Source: Alphaproteobacteria bacterium (GTDB lineage: Bacteria; Pseudomonadota; Alphaproteobacteria; MPNO01; UBA830). Taken from it: a stretch of DNA of 64,000 nucleotides. The position numbers were made by a program, and so were the translations under genes. The first letter of the stretch is position 1, and the number at the start of each line of letters is the position of its first letter. Below the pieces are notes generated by a model. The model ran no database searches. It worked only from the letters and a program-made list of their open reading frames with translations, and was not told where the DNA came from. Below are positions 52,397 through 61,492 of the stretch, piece after piece. The DNA is taken from the NCBI GenBank assembly GCA_964291215.2, contig OZ219790.1, positions 1,728,001-1,792,000 of the forward strand, in the 5' to 3' direction.

Positions 52397-53513
52397 TATG
52401 TCCTCCCCCGGGGAATTTGATCAGCACATGATCGGCGAAGGTTCCGGCGCGGCGCTTAGCCTTTGTCGAGCGCACGTTGATAACCCCTTCACTTTCAAGC
52501 TGATTCAGTATTTCGCGATAGTTCTTGTCAATATAAGGCGTATCAACGCTGTGTGTTTCATAGATCTGAGTGAAATTCACCTCCCGCCCTGCAAAGGTAG
52601 CGAGGAGACTATCCTTGAGTTTACTGAGGGGCTGGGCCAACGAGAACAGCAACGGCATCGACGCATCTGCTGGCGAATATGTGAGAGACGGAACACCTTC
52701 ATCATGGGTGGAGCTTTCTCCAGCCATGATACTTTTCATTATGGAATATCCACGGAAGTGCTTCGAAACGAAAATCAGCTTATGCGATGTCCGAGTTCCT
52801 GCTGCATTCTTGAAAGTGAACGGAAGGACGTACGTACCGCCAAGCCGCTTTATTTCGTTCGCTAGCTCCTCAAGGATCGCCGCCTCGCGCAGCTCAGGAC
52901 TCAGCCTTGGCAGCCGCTCGCGTAGCGCTTCGGCCCGCTCCTTGCCGAAGAGGTCGTCCATATGCTGGGCGACGAACTGATTGCCGATACCCGCATTGAT
53001 GCGATTGTAGTTGAAAAAGAAAACACAGTCACAGCCCCAGTCCTTGATCACCCCCTTGATGATGTTCAAAGAAAGCCCCTTGTACCCGAAGGGATCGATG
53101 AACGAGAAAGAGGGGATGAGTTTCGTCTCGTTGAAATATCGTGCGGCTTCATCGTCAACCTCGCCGCAGGTGACGATCGGCTTGTATTTCCGTCTATCGA
53201 TACCCGACAGCTTGTTTATCTCTTCTTGGAGGGTCGCGGTATTCTCGTTCCTTGCATCGTTAAAGTAGGAGACAAGCATCTGCGCCATGCGAGAGTCGTC
53301 GAGCGCAGTCTGAAGGACGAGAAGAGGTGTAGAAGCGGCGCCATCCTTGTAACGACCCGGCCCCGCATAAAGGTTGATATAGGCGATTTTGCCGCCATGC
53401 TTGGCGGCGGTCGGCATTATCACTCGCGCCCAAGCGAAGAAATATTTCGTGACAATTCGCGCCTTTACCTCGGACTGGTCCGAGCGTTCCTCAAAGAACT
53501 TCTTTGCCTTCAT
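52386..53513 (-). CDS. tcmP: Three-Cys-motif partner protein TcmP (methyltransferase-like)
   Basis: K..IV.KYF.AW, YINLYAGPG, FSFIDPFG motifs; overlaps the DUF5131 gene start; start taken at MKAKKFF. Confidence 0.82.
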   Translation of the reverse strand: MKAKKFFEERSDQSEVKARIVTKYFFAWARVIMPTAAKHGGKIAYINLYAGPGRYKDGAASTPLLVLQTALDDSRMAQMLVSYFNDARNENTATLQEEINKLSGIDRRKYKPIVTCGEVDDEAARYFNETKLIPSFSFIDPFGYKGLSLNIIKGVIKDWGCDCVFFFNYNRINAGIGNQFVAQHMDDLFGKERAEALRERLPRLSPELREAAILEELANEIKRLGGTYVLPFTFKNAAGTRTSHKLIFVSKHFRGYSIMKSIMAGESSTHDEGVPSLTYSPADASMPLLFSLAQPLSKLKDSLLATFAGREVNFTQIYETHSVDTPYIDKNYREILNQLESEGVINVRSTKAKRRAGTFADHVLIKFPGGGHIGH

Positions 53514-53671
53514 CTGCGACCAACCTCCCTCTGCTGTCCTGTATGCGGTCAAGATAGAATGGAACAAAAAGCGAACAATCTCAACATCTGAACGCGGAGA
53601 ACGCGCAGGAGTGCAGAATCACAGGCCGCGTGAGGCATCCTCCATGTGATCTTGCGAACCAGTATGACGCC

Positions 53672-54592
53672 TCACCTCCACGGACCGCCCGCGTTCCATG
53701 TCCCATCGAAGGGCTTACCAGCCACAAGAGCATGGACGGGCGGTAGAACGAACGCGGCCACCGTGGCCTGCAACTCGGCAAAGGGACCAGGGGCCATGGC
53801 GATCGCGGTCCGGCGCAGGAACCCCTGCCACTGCGCCTGTTTCGCGGCGTCATCGGCAAAGGCCGGCGTCAGGGCGATAGGCGTATCCGTGGGGATGTCC
53901 GTGCGGCGGCGATCGAAGGTCACGGCGATAGCTTGCGCGAGGATCGGTCCGCTGAAGGAAAGCGTCTCCGAGATCGCCCAGAGGTCGAAGAAATCCTTCA
54001 TACGGCTGTTGAGCATGCCGAGTGCGACCAGCGCCTGGAACTTCTCGGCCACGACCGTCTCGGGCGGATAGGCACGTAGCCGGGGCGCGGGCATGTCGAG
54101 CAGCGAGGGATAGTCGATTTCCTGCACGGCCGGAGTCACAGCATCGCCAAATCCGATGTCGATCTGAATGGGCAGGCGCGCGCCGGCGATCTCGGCGGTC
54201 ATGGTGATCCGGACGCCGCTATATTCGTCTTCAGCCCGAGCCGGCTCGGCCCGCAGGGTATCCGGCTTGAAGACCACGCCATCGTCCTCGACGTCGATCC
54301 CGCAAATTTCGCGGAAGACCGCAGCGATCCGCTCCGGCGCCGCGTCGCCGTACCCTAGAAGATCGAGATCGCCGGTGGCCCGATAAGGCGTGGGCGTCCA
54401 GAGGCTGAACAGCATGGCGCCCTTCAGCACGAATTGATCTTTGTGGGGCGACAGACTCAGCCGGTAGAGAAGCCGCTCGATGGCGAAGCGGGTAAGCGCA
54501 AGCTGGACGTTCTCCTTGCGCTCGCTTGCGCGCCGGGTGAGTCGAGCCCGGACCGAGGCGCCGACATTCTTCAGGGGCGGTTTCGGGGTCAT
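53672..54592 (-). CDS. abiEii: AbiEii type IV toxin (nucleotidyltransferase)
   Basis: ASVRARL, ERLLYRLS, FVLKGA, R.T.DLD, AEKF, NSRMKDFFD. Confidence 0.92.
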   Translation of the reverse strand: MTPKPPLKNVGASVRARLTRRASERKENVQLALTRFAIERLLYRLSLSPHKDQFVLKGAMLFSLWTPTPYRATGDLDLLGYGDAAPERIAAVFREICGIDVEDDGVVFKPDTLRAEPARAEDEYSGVRITMTAEIAGARLPIQIDIGFGDAVTPAVQEIDYPSLLDMPAPRLRAYPPETVVAEKFQALVALGMLNSRMKDFFDLWAISETLSFSGPILAQAIAVTFDRRRTDIPTDTPIALTPAFADDAAKQAQWQGFLRRTAIAMAPGPFAELQATVAAFVLPPVHALVAGKPFDGTWNAGGPWR

Positions 54593-55203
54593 ACCGTGGC
54601 CTCGATATAGGGCCGCATGACGTTCTGCACGCGGTCGATGGCGGCGAACCGCCAGAGGTCGTCGACCGTGGCGCGGCGGCTTCGGAGACAGTCTCTCAGC
54701 GCCTCGATGGCGACATCGAGACCGACTTGGCTGCGGTATTTGAAACAATCAGCGACCGTCTTGGCCGGATTGGTGATAGGCACTTCCACCTGCTCGATTG
54801 TGTGCCGCTCCACCCCGGCGGTCAGGGCGTCGCCGGTGGCGCGGATGATGCGCAGGGACACTGGAGGATTCTTGGGCGCCCACTTTTTGTGACCGATCAG
54901 CATCCAGACCTGATGCGGCAGTTGGGTGGTGAGTTCGTGGAATCTGAGCGCGGAGAGCAGGCAGATAACACCGTGGGGCACGGCCCGAGCGGCTTCGGCA
55001 AGGCTGTGGGACTCGGACCATTCCGCATCGGCAAGCTGATAGAGGCCGCGCCCCATACGCACCAGAAGCCCTTCGTCCTGCAGCCTCCGCAGGTAGGTGC
55101 GCGGAATGCCCGCCGCATCGAAATCGCGCGCGCGCACGATACCGCGCTCCCTGGCGACGGTGATCGCACGATCCTTCAGCGTTCCTTGAGCCGTTCCTGC
55201 CAT
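54589..55203 (-). CDS. abiEi: AbiEi type IV antitoxin / transcriptional regulator
   Basis: L.RMGRGLY, VICLLSAL.FH.LTTQ.P, AKTVADCFKYR; stop overlaps the abiEii ATG. Confidence 0.92.
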   Translation of the reverse strand: MAGTAQGTLKDRAITVARERGIVRARDFDAAGIPRTYLRRLQDEGLLVRMGRGLYQLADAEWSESHSLAEAARAVPHGVICLLSALRFHELTTQLPHQVWMLIGHKKWAPKNPPVSLRIIRATGDALTAGVERHTIEQVEVPITNPAKTVADCFKYRSQVGLDVAIEALRDCLRSRRATVDDLWRFAAIDRVQNVMRPYIEATV

Positions 55204-55312
55204 GTTCCATATGCTCGGCAATAGTACACAAATGCCGAGACTTTGTATCGCGTCCCCTGACCCCCTGCAACCGGAACTAAACAACTTGACCACGAGTATG
55301 GCGCTCATGCTG

Positions 55313-55630
55313 CTACTGTTCCCGCCGCCTGTTCCAGACGAGCTGCGCCCGATCACCCTCCTCGGAGGGGAACAGGGCCGCGGTGAAGGGCTCGGGAAGG
55401 CTCGGATCGTCGAGACGGACGCGGAGATAGTATTTCGGGTTGTCGCCATTCGTCCGGGCATCCCAGGCGTCACCGATGCGGGCGTTGCCGACGAGGACGC
55501 GGAATGCCGGGGCGTTGTCATGAGTACGATCATCGTTGGGGACGAGCCGGACCTTGGCGTCGATGGTGAGCGTGCGGATGGAGCCGACCCAGCCACCGTC
55601 ATTGGACAAAGAGAAGGCGCCGATTTGCAT
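55313..55630 (-). CDS. DUF736 family protein
   Basis: IGAF...G.IRTLT...NAP.FRV...IG.AW...LDDPS. Confidence 0.85.
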   Translation of the reverse strand: MQIGAFSLSNDGGWVGSIRTLTIDAKVRLVPNDDRTHDNAPAFRVLVGNARIGDAWDARTNGDNPKYYLRVRLDDPSLPEPFTAALFPSEEGDRAQLVWNRRREQ

Positions 55631-55633
55631 GAG

Positions 55634-55957
55634 TTACTCCTGGAATTGCGATGGGGATGAGACAGCGGGCGACGCCGCTTCGGTATCGCCCGCGCGTGAT
55701 GAGCGGGCGCGGCGGGCCGGTTTGTCGATGTTCGTCTCCGGCAACCCCTCCTTGCGCGCCTTGGCGAAGGCGCGGTCGCTGTCGAGGAAGGCCTCCAGCA
55801 TGAAGGGAATGAGCTCGGCGATGGATTCGGTCTCGCCATAGGTGGCGCGGTAGAGGGTCGCGTAATCCCGGAGTGCCTGGTTGAGGTCAGCACCCACCGT
55901 GATGGTGATCTTCGCCGGCGTGCGGTCGGGCAGTTTTCCGAGTTTCAGATTGGCCAT
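55634..55957 (-). CDS. DUF2274 family protein
   Basis: LKLGKLPDRTP.KITI...LIPFML..FL..DRAF; usual position after trbI. Confidence 0.85.
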   Translation of the reverse strand: MANLKLGKLPDRTPAKITITVGADLNQALRDYATLYRATYGETESIAELIPFMLEAFLDSDRAFAKARKEGLPETNIDKPARRARSSRAGDTEAASPAVSSPSQFQE

Positions 55958-55968
55958 GATCGATCCTT

Positions 55969-57210
55969 TCAGCCTTGGTAAGGGCGCAATACGAGATCCC
56001 TGTGGACGATGACCCTGAGCGGCCAGCCGGGACGGACGGTGATGGTCGGCTGGATATCGAGGTTCTTCTCGGTGATGCGCTGGCCGGCCCGATTGACGTT
56101 CTGCTGGGTGGATTCACGGATCGCCCGGACCAGGCCTGCCCCGGACCCCGATCCGGGGTCGCTCTCGTCGCTGCCCAGAGTCAGTTCCGTGCCGACGCCA
56201 AGCAAGGTGGCGAGCGCGATGCCCTTGATGAGCCGCCAGGTGTGGTAGTCGACCTCGTCCTCGAGCCCGGCATGGCCGGCGGTGTCGGTGGCGGGCAGAT
56301 TGTCGATCTCGATGGAGGAGCCGTCGGGCAGAACGATGCGCTGCCAGACAAGCAGCGCACGGGACTGGCCGAAGGCAACGACACTGTCATAGGTGCCAAT
56401 GAGGCGCGTGCCCTGCGGGATGAGCAGCGTGCGGCCGCTCACCGTGTCATAGACGTTCTCGGTGACCTGGGCGGCGACGAGACCCGGCAGGTCGGAATTG
56501 ATCCCGATGATCAGGCTCGCGGCAATCACACTGCCGGCCATCACCTGATAAGGCGAGATCGGCGTTTGCAGCATATGGGGATTGTAGATGCCGCCGGTGT
56601 CACGCTGGCTCACGAAGTCCAGTTTGCGCTGCCGGTTGTTCTGGTCACGCTTGGGGTCGAGCGTCAGGCGGTTGGCGTCGGGTGAGACGGTTGCTGCTGC
56701 CGTTTGCGGAGGCTAACTCGTTAATGCCGGAGCGCTCTGCTGGGGCCGGTTCTCGATACGGAAGAAAACGCCGGCCTCCTTCGCCTGGATAGCCTGCTGG
56801 GCGAGGCGCTGCTCCTCGGCGGACAATTCCGGCGCTCCCGGCGCAATCCCAAGCTGGCGTTGGCGTTCGAGGATCGGTCGGCCGAGATCACCGGGCAGCG
56901 GCGGCCCCAATTCAGGTGTCTGGGGACGGACCTGCGAATAATCACCGGGCAGCGCGGCAAGGCCGTCCGGGGTCGGCTTGCGTTCGGTGTTATAGAGCTC
57001 CTCGGTCTGGTCCTGGATACGCAGGGCCGGGCCTTGCAGCGCCATCATGGTCACGCCGAGGATGGCGCCGGAGCCGAGCACGGCCACGCCGATGACAAGG
57101 CCGCGCCTGAAGCGCACGACGCGACGGGGCGCGGCGCGCAGGTCCAGCTTGCCCGGATCGCGCTTGGACGAACCGGCGGGTTGCGGCGGGGGTGCGGCGG
57201 TATCCGTCAT
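55969..57210 (-). pseudogene. trbI: TrbI/VirB10 conjugal transfer protein, frameshifted near 56715
   Basis: LGPPLPGDLG in one frame stopping at 56713; AGSVIAASL.GINSDLPG...QPTITVRPG in another. Confidence 0.85.
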
Positions 57211-58191
57211 GGCCCCTCTCCCTACCGGTCCGCGCGCGGAACCAGCGCGGTGCGCCGCGGCGTCCCGTCGGTCCGGGAAATCCGAACCACCTGCGGCGGC
57301 GAAGAGACGATCTACGATGTAGTAGTTGCCGCGCACGCGGTAGTTAACGAGCTGGTTGCCGCCGTCGGCGCCCACCACGAAGAGCGGCGGCGCCTCGCCC
57401 TGGTCTATACGGCGGGGGAACTCGATATAGACCTTGTGGCCGTCGTCGAAGGCGCGCAGCGGCTTCCAGGGCGGGTTGTCGCCGGTGATGGCGTAACGGA
57501 AGCGGATGTTCTCCAACGCGACATTCGAGGCGACCGGCAGCGCCGCTTGTGCCGCGTTCTGTCGGCGCAGGGCGACAAGCTGATCGGAAGGATAGGTCCA
57601 GGAAATCGCCGCCATGGCGGTATTCTCGGTGCTTTCGAGCTGCAGGTGATAGGCGCGCCGATCGGTGGTGATGACGAGATTGGTCTTGAGCCCCGGCGCG
57701 AAGGGCTTGACCAGCACGTGGGTGCGCTCGCTGTCGCCCGTGCCGCTCACCGTATCGCCGATGACCCAGCGCACGGTGTCGCCGGCGGACACCGAGGTCA
57801 GCTTTTCGCCGGGCTGCAGGGCGATGTCGCTCACCCGCTCGGGCGCTGCATAGAGCTGGTGGAGCGCCCTTTCCGTATAGGGATAGACCTGGATGGCGTT
57901 GACATAGCCGTACTTCGTCGGCTCCTGCGTCGCCGCCTTATTGGCGTCCTCGACCCGCTCGGTCGGCGGGCGTTTGTCCTCGGTCCCCTCGCCGGGTTCC
58001 GGCTGAAGCTGGCCCGGCAATGGCAGAACCTTCGGCACCTCGACGATCTTCACCGGCCTGGCCGGTTCCTTGTCGATGATGGCCGGCTTGAAATTGTCGG
58101 CGTCGTAGCTGATCGCAGGCGGCAAAGGCTTTGTGGCGCAGGCGGACAAGGCCAGCGCCGACACGGTGATGACAAACATATTCTTCTTCAT
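57210..58191 (-). pseudogene. trbG: TrbG/VirB9 conjugal transfer protein, C-terminus frameshifted into trbI
   Basis: LSAC lipobox, AGDTVRW, TNLVITTDRR.Y, AFDDG.KVYI, YYIVDRLFAAA then loss of the expected continuation. Confidence 0.85.
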
Positions 58192-58193
58192 TG

Positions 58194-59699
58194 GTATCTA
58201 CTCACCCCTTGTTGGGTTCTGATTGGCCATAGTGCTCGTTGATGATGTCTGCGGCTTTTCCGTCGAGGGCGATCTGGGTGGCAACGAGTGGGTTGTAGCC
58301 GAGTGCGGCCATGGAGGTGAGGTAGCTTGAGCCCCGGCACCATGCTTTTGCGTGGAGCGGAAGCATCCGGACACCTTGACCTTTGCCATCCTGATCTTCT
58401 GTTCTCCGGCATTGTTGGTGAAGCTGACGTCGGGGTCGTCTGTGAAGCGCAGGTTTTCGTGTTTCACGAGACGTTCGTGCAGGTTGTGCGCGTCGGACTT
58501 GCGTCCACGTTTTCCTTTCGTCGGGATGTCGGGCAGTTCCCTGGCGCCCTGATGGTGCGGTAGCGCTTGCGCCCGGCGTCGTTCAGGGTCTTGGATGCGC
58601 TCTTGTTGACCTTGTGGCAGGGAGCAGGCTCTTCATAAGTCGCGCGGTAGCCTCGACGACAAAGGTCAGTTCGCGCAGCAGGTGGCTACCGCACAGCTGG
58701 TGGCTACACTGGCCCATGTACGAGGCCCAGGACGCCCTTGTAGCACGGGCCGATCTCTTGCCCGCGCTTGCGGTGCGGGAACTTGCACGTCAGGGTCCCA
58801 CGACATGAAGCCACTTGCTGTTGATCCGGTCTCGTCGACATCGGGCGTTGCAGGAGGTGCGCCACGGCGGCCTCCTCCCATGACACGAGCGCATCGTGAA
58901 AGCATAGCCGAGGCCTCGGAGAGCTTGATGCCGGAGATCGCCTGCACGAGCGCGACGGCGCAGGGACAGCATCTGGGCAACCAGCAGGTTGATGACGAGG
59001 GCCTGGATGCCGATGCCGTACTGCACGGGATGTTGTCGGGAAACCGGCCCCGGGCCTTGCACTTCGGGCATTCCTCGGCGCGGCGCTCGACGACCTCGAA
59101 CACGATGTCGTGCGGCGCTCCCGATCGACGGGGCCGTCAGCGCCGCAGGCGTCGCAGGCCGCGACCGTCTCCTCGACGATGGTCTTGCGCAGGTTGTCGC
59201 CCATCTGCCGGTTCGGCTTCGGGCCCTTGCTCCCGGCACGCTCTTGTCCGTCTGTGACGGCAGCAGACCGGAGTTCCGGCTCGTGCGTGGTCTTCTCCAG
59301 AAGGACGACGATGATGATGTCGAGCAGGATGACGAGGACGCGGATCACGACCTCTTCCGCCACCTTGCCGGCCGCACGCAGCGCCACGATCCGGGTCTTG
59401 GCCGCTTCGAACTCCTCGCGCAGCGACGCCGCGTTGACCGTCGCCATCACCCGGCCTTGCGCTTCATAAGCGCACCGCCTCCGAGATGCGTTTTCACATA
59501 CAGATCATGCGGAGGCTGGAGCCCCGGAAGCAGCTGGCACAGCCCGCTCGTCGCCTTCGATCCAAAGTAGCCCACTGGCGATCCCCGTCGTTCTCGATGA
59601 CCACCACTAAGCGAATCGGCATGCAATGTCAAATCTCCACGAAAACCCGTTCGTTACTCTACCCCGACATCAAGCCGGAACCAGGGGGTGAGCAGTTAC
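58194..59699 (-). mobile_element. IS66-family element copy 4 (no TSD; upstream trb genes missing)
   Basis: Same ends as the other copies; flanks cttcattg and gaggcggc do not match. Confidence 0.92.
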
Positions 59700-59950
59700 G
59701 AGGCGGCAAACAAGAGCCTCGTCACACAGCGCATGAAACGCTCCGGCATGCGCTGGCGCATCGTCAGCGGACAATCACCTTCCGCGCCCTGCTCAAATCC
59801 GGCCGCTTCGAGAGCGCGTGGACGGCCATGATCGGTGCAGACGACGCACCAGCCAACGACAACATCAGCCCAAATCACACCCCGGCACTGGCCGCATGAG
59901 ATGAACAAATGGCACTGAGCCTGCAACCGTGCCATACGAGACTCTCACCC
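59700..59950 (+). mobile_element. 3' remnant of an ISKra4/ISLre2-like transposase
   Basis: EAANKSLVTQRMKRSGMRW...FRALLKSGRF with a frameshift. Confidence 0.65.
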
Positions 59951-61309
59951 GGTTGCGAGCCCGACCCCTTTCAGGATCCTCCGGCCGGAGCGCTCCAGTT
60001 CGATCATCCTGTCGCTGAGTTTGCTGTAGGTGAGTCTCTTATTTCGTTTCAGGATCTTTCCGGCGATCAACACCGTGTCCACATTGCTTCCGTTGGCGTG
60101 GAACACCACGGTTTCCACGGGGTCGTGAACCGGGAACAGGTTGAGCGCCTGGGCGTCGATCATGATGATGTCGGCCTGCTTGCCCGGTTTCAGGGAACCG
60201 ATCCGGCGCTCCAGCCCCATCGCTCTGGCGGACTCCATGGTTGCCCAAGCCAGCGCCTCTCGTGGGGTGATGGAAAGTTTCTCCGGGGGCGCACCGGTCT
60301 CTTCCATGATCGCTTTGTTGTCGCTCTGGCGCTGCGGCTGAAGGGCCATGCGCATGACGGTGAACATGTCGCCGGAAATGTTGGACTCGATATCCACGCC
60401 GAGAGACGGCCGCCCACCGAGCGCGCGAAGACGCCCAATCAATGGCGCTCCGTGGCTCATCTGCAGTTCGACTTCGGGCGTCACCGTTACCGACGCGCCA
60501 GAATCGACGACGATCCCGAGCTCGTCGTCCGACAGGTAGTTGCCATGCACCATGTTGTGGCGCCGGTCGAGCAGATTCATTCCGGCAAGCTTGTTATAGC
60601 CGTCAGGGTTGAGCCGATTCGGAGCTCCCCAGACATGGGTGCTGATGATGATGTCGAGTTCCTTGGCAAGCCGGAAGTCGTGCTCGGTCACGTCCCATGT
60701 CGAGAAATCTACCCCGAGCGCAGCCATTGCCAGGCCGAGCAACCCGTCGTTGGAACTGAACTCCGTCTTTCGCAGGCGTTCGAGTTCGCCTCTCGGATGG
60801 GGAATGTGCGTGAAGGGCAGGCCGCCTTTCAGGGTGTCGGGCTTTGGGGAACCGTGACCGAACAGCGCGCGGATTCCGGCCTCGCGAAGTCCGGCAATCG
60901 CCGCGTCCGTATAGTCCGGTGTTTTGTTGTTGTGGCACCAGTCGAAAATCGCGGTAGCGCCGTTGCTGATTTGGTTGAGCGCGCCGACGAGATTGCCGAG
61001 ATAGGTGTCGTTTACGGTGTAGCGCGGGGCGATCCGCGAATGCATGAGATGAAGGTACCGCGCGATTGGCCATTTGCCGGCGATGCCGCGAATTGCCGTC
61101 TGCCAAGTGTGCAGGTGGGCATTCACGAATCCGGGCAGGACGATCTTGTCCGTCGCGTCGAGGACCCTTGCGCCCGGCGATCGGACCGACTTCCCGATTT
61201 TCTCGATAACCGATCCGTTGACCAGAATGTCGCCCTTGGGCAGATCGCCGGTGCGTCGATCCATCGAGATCACCGTACCGCCCTTGATCAGTATTTTCTG
61301 CATTACCAT
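59945..61309 (-). CDS. Amidohydrolase family protein (chlorohydrolase/deaminase-like)
   Basis: PGFVNAHLHTWQ HxH motif, STH, VHGN, TPEVE, LGVD, GSLKPGKQADI. Confidence 0.9.
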   Translation of the reverse strand: MVMQKILIKGGTVISMDRRTGDLPKGDILVNGSVIEKIGKSVRSPGARVLDATDKIVLPGFVNAHLHTWQTAIRGIAGKWPIARYLHLMHSRIAPRYTVNDTYLGNLVGALNQISNGATAIFDWCHNNKTPDYTDAAIAGLREAGIRALFGHGSPKPDTLKGGLPFTHIPHPRGELERLRKTEFSSNDGLLGLAMAALGVDFSTWDVTEHDFRLAKELDIIISTHVWGAPNRLNPDGYNKLAGMNLLDRRHNMVHGNYLSDDELGIVVDSGASVTVTPEVELQMSHGAPLIGRLRALGGRPSLGVDIESNISGDMFTVMRMALQPQRQSDNKAIMEETGAPPEKLSITPREALAWATMESARAMGLERRIGSLKPGKQADIIMIDAQALNLFPVHDPVETVVFHANGSNVDTVLIAGKILKRNKRLTYSKLSDRMIELERSGRRILKGVGLATG

Positions 61310-61492
61310 GCTCCCGTTTCGCCCGCTGAATCCGAAACGTCCGGACAGGACATCGATCGGCCGGTGCCTGTCGAGTGGTCCGACCATGTTTGGCCGATCA
61401 TCCGTATATCGCTACTATAGATGCAGGTTGTCGTCGGCGCTCGTGTCAGAGCGCTGGCAATCATCGGGTTTCCGAACCGAAAGGACTGCATA

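Noticed and set aside
56713-58191. 492-aa TrbG-TrbI fusion as a new secretion component
   Set aside because: TrbG lacks its normal end and TrbI is separately frameshifted; decay is the simpler explanation
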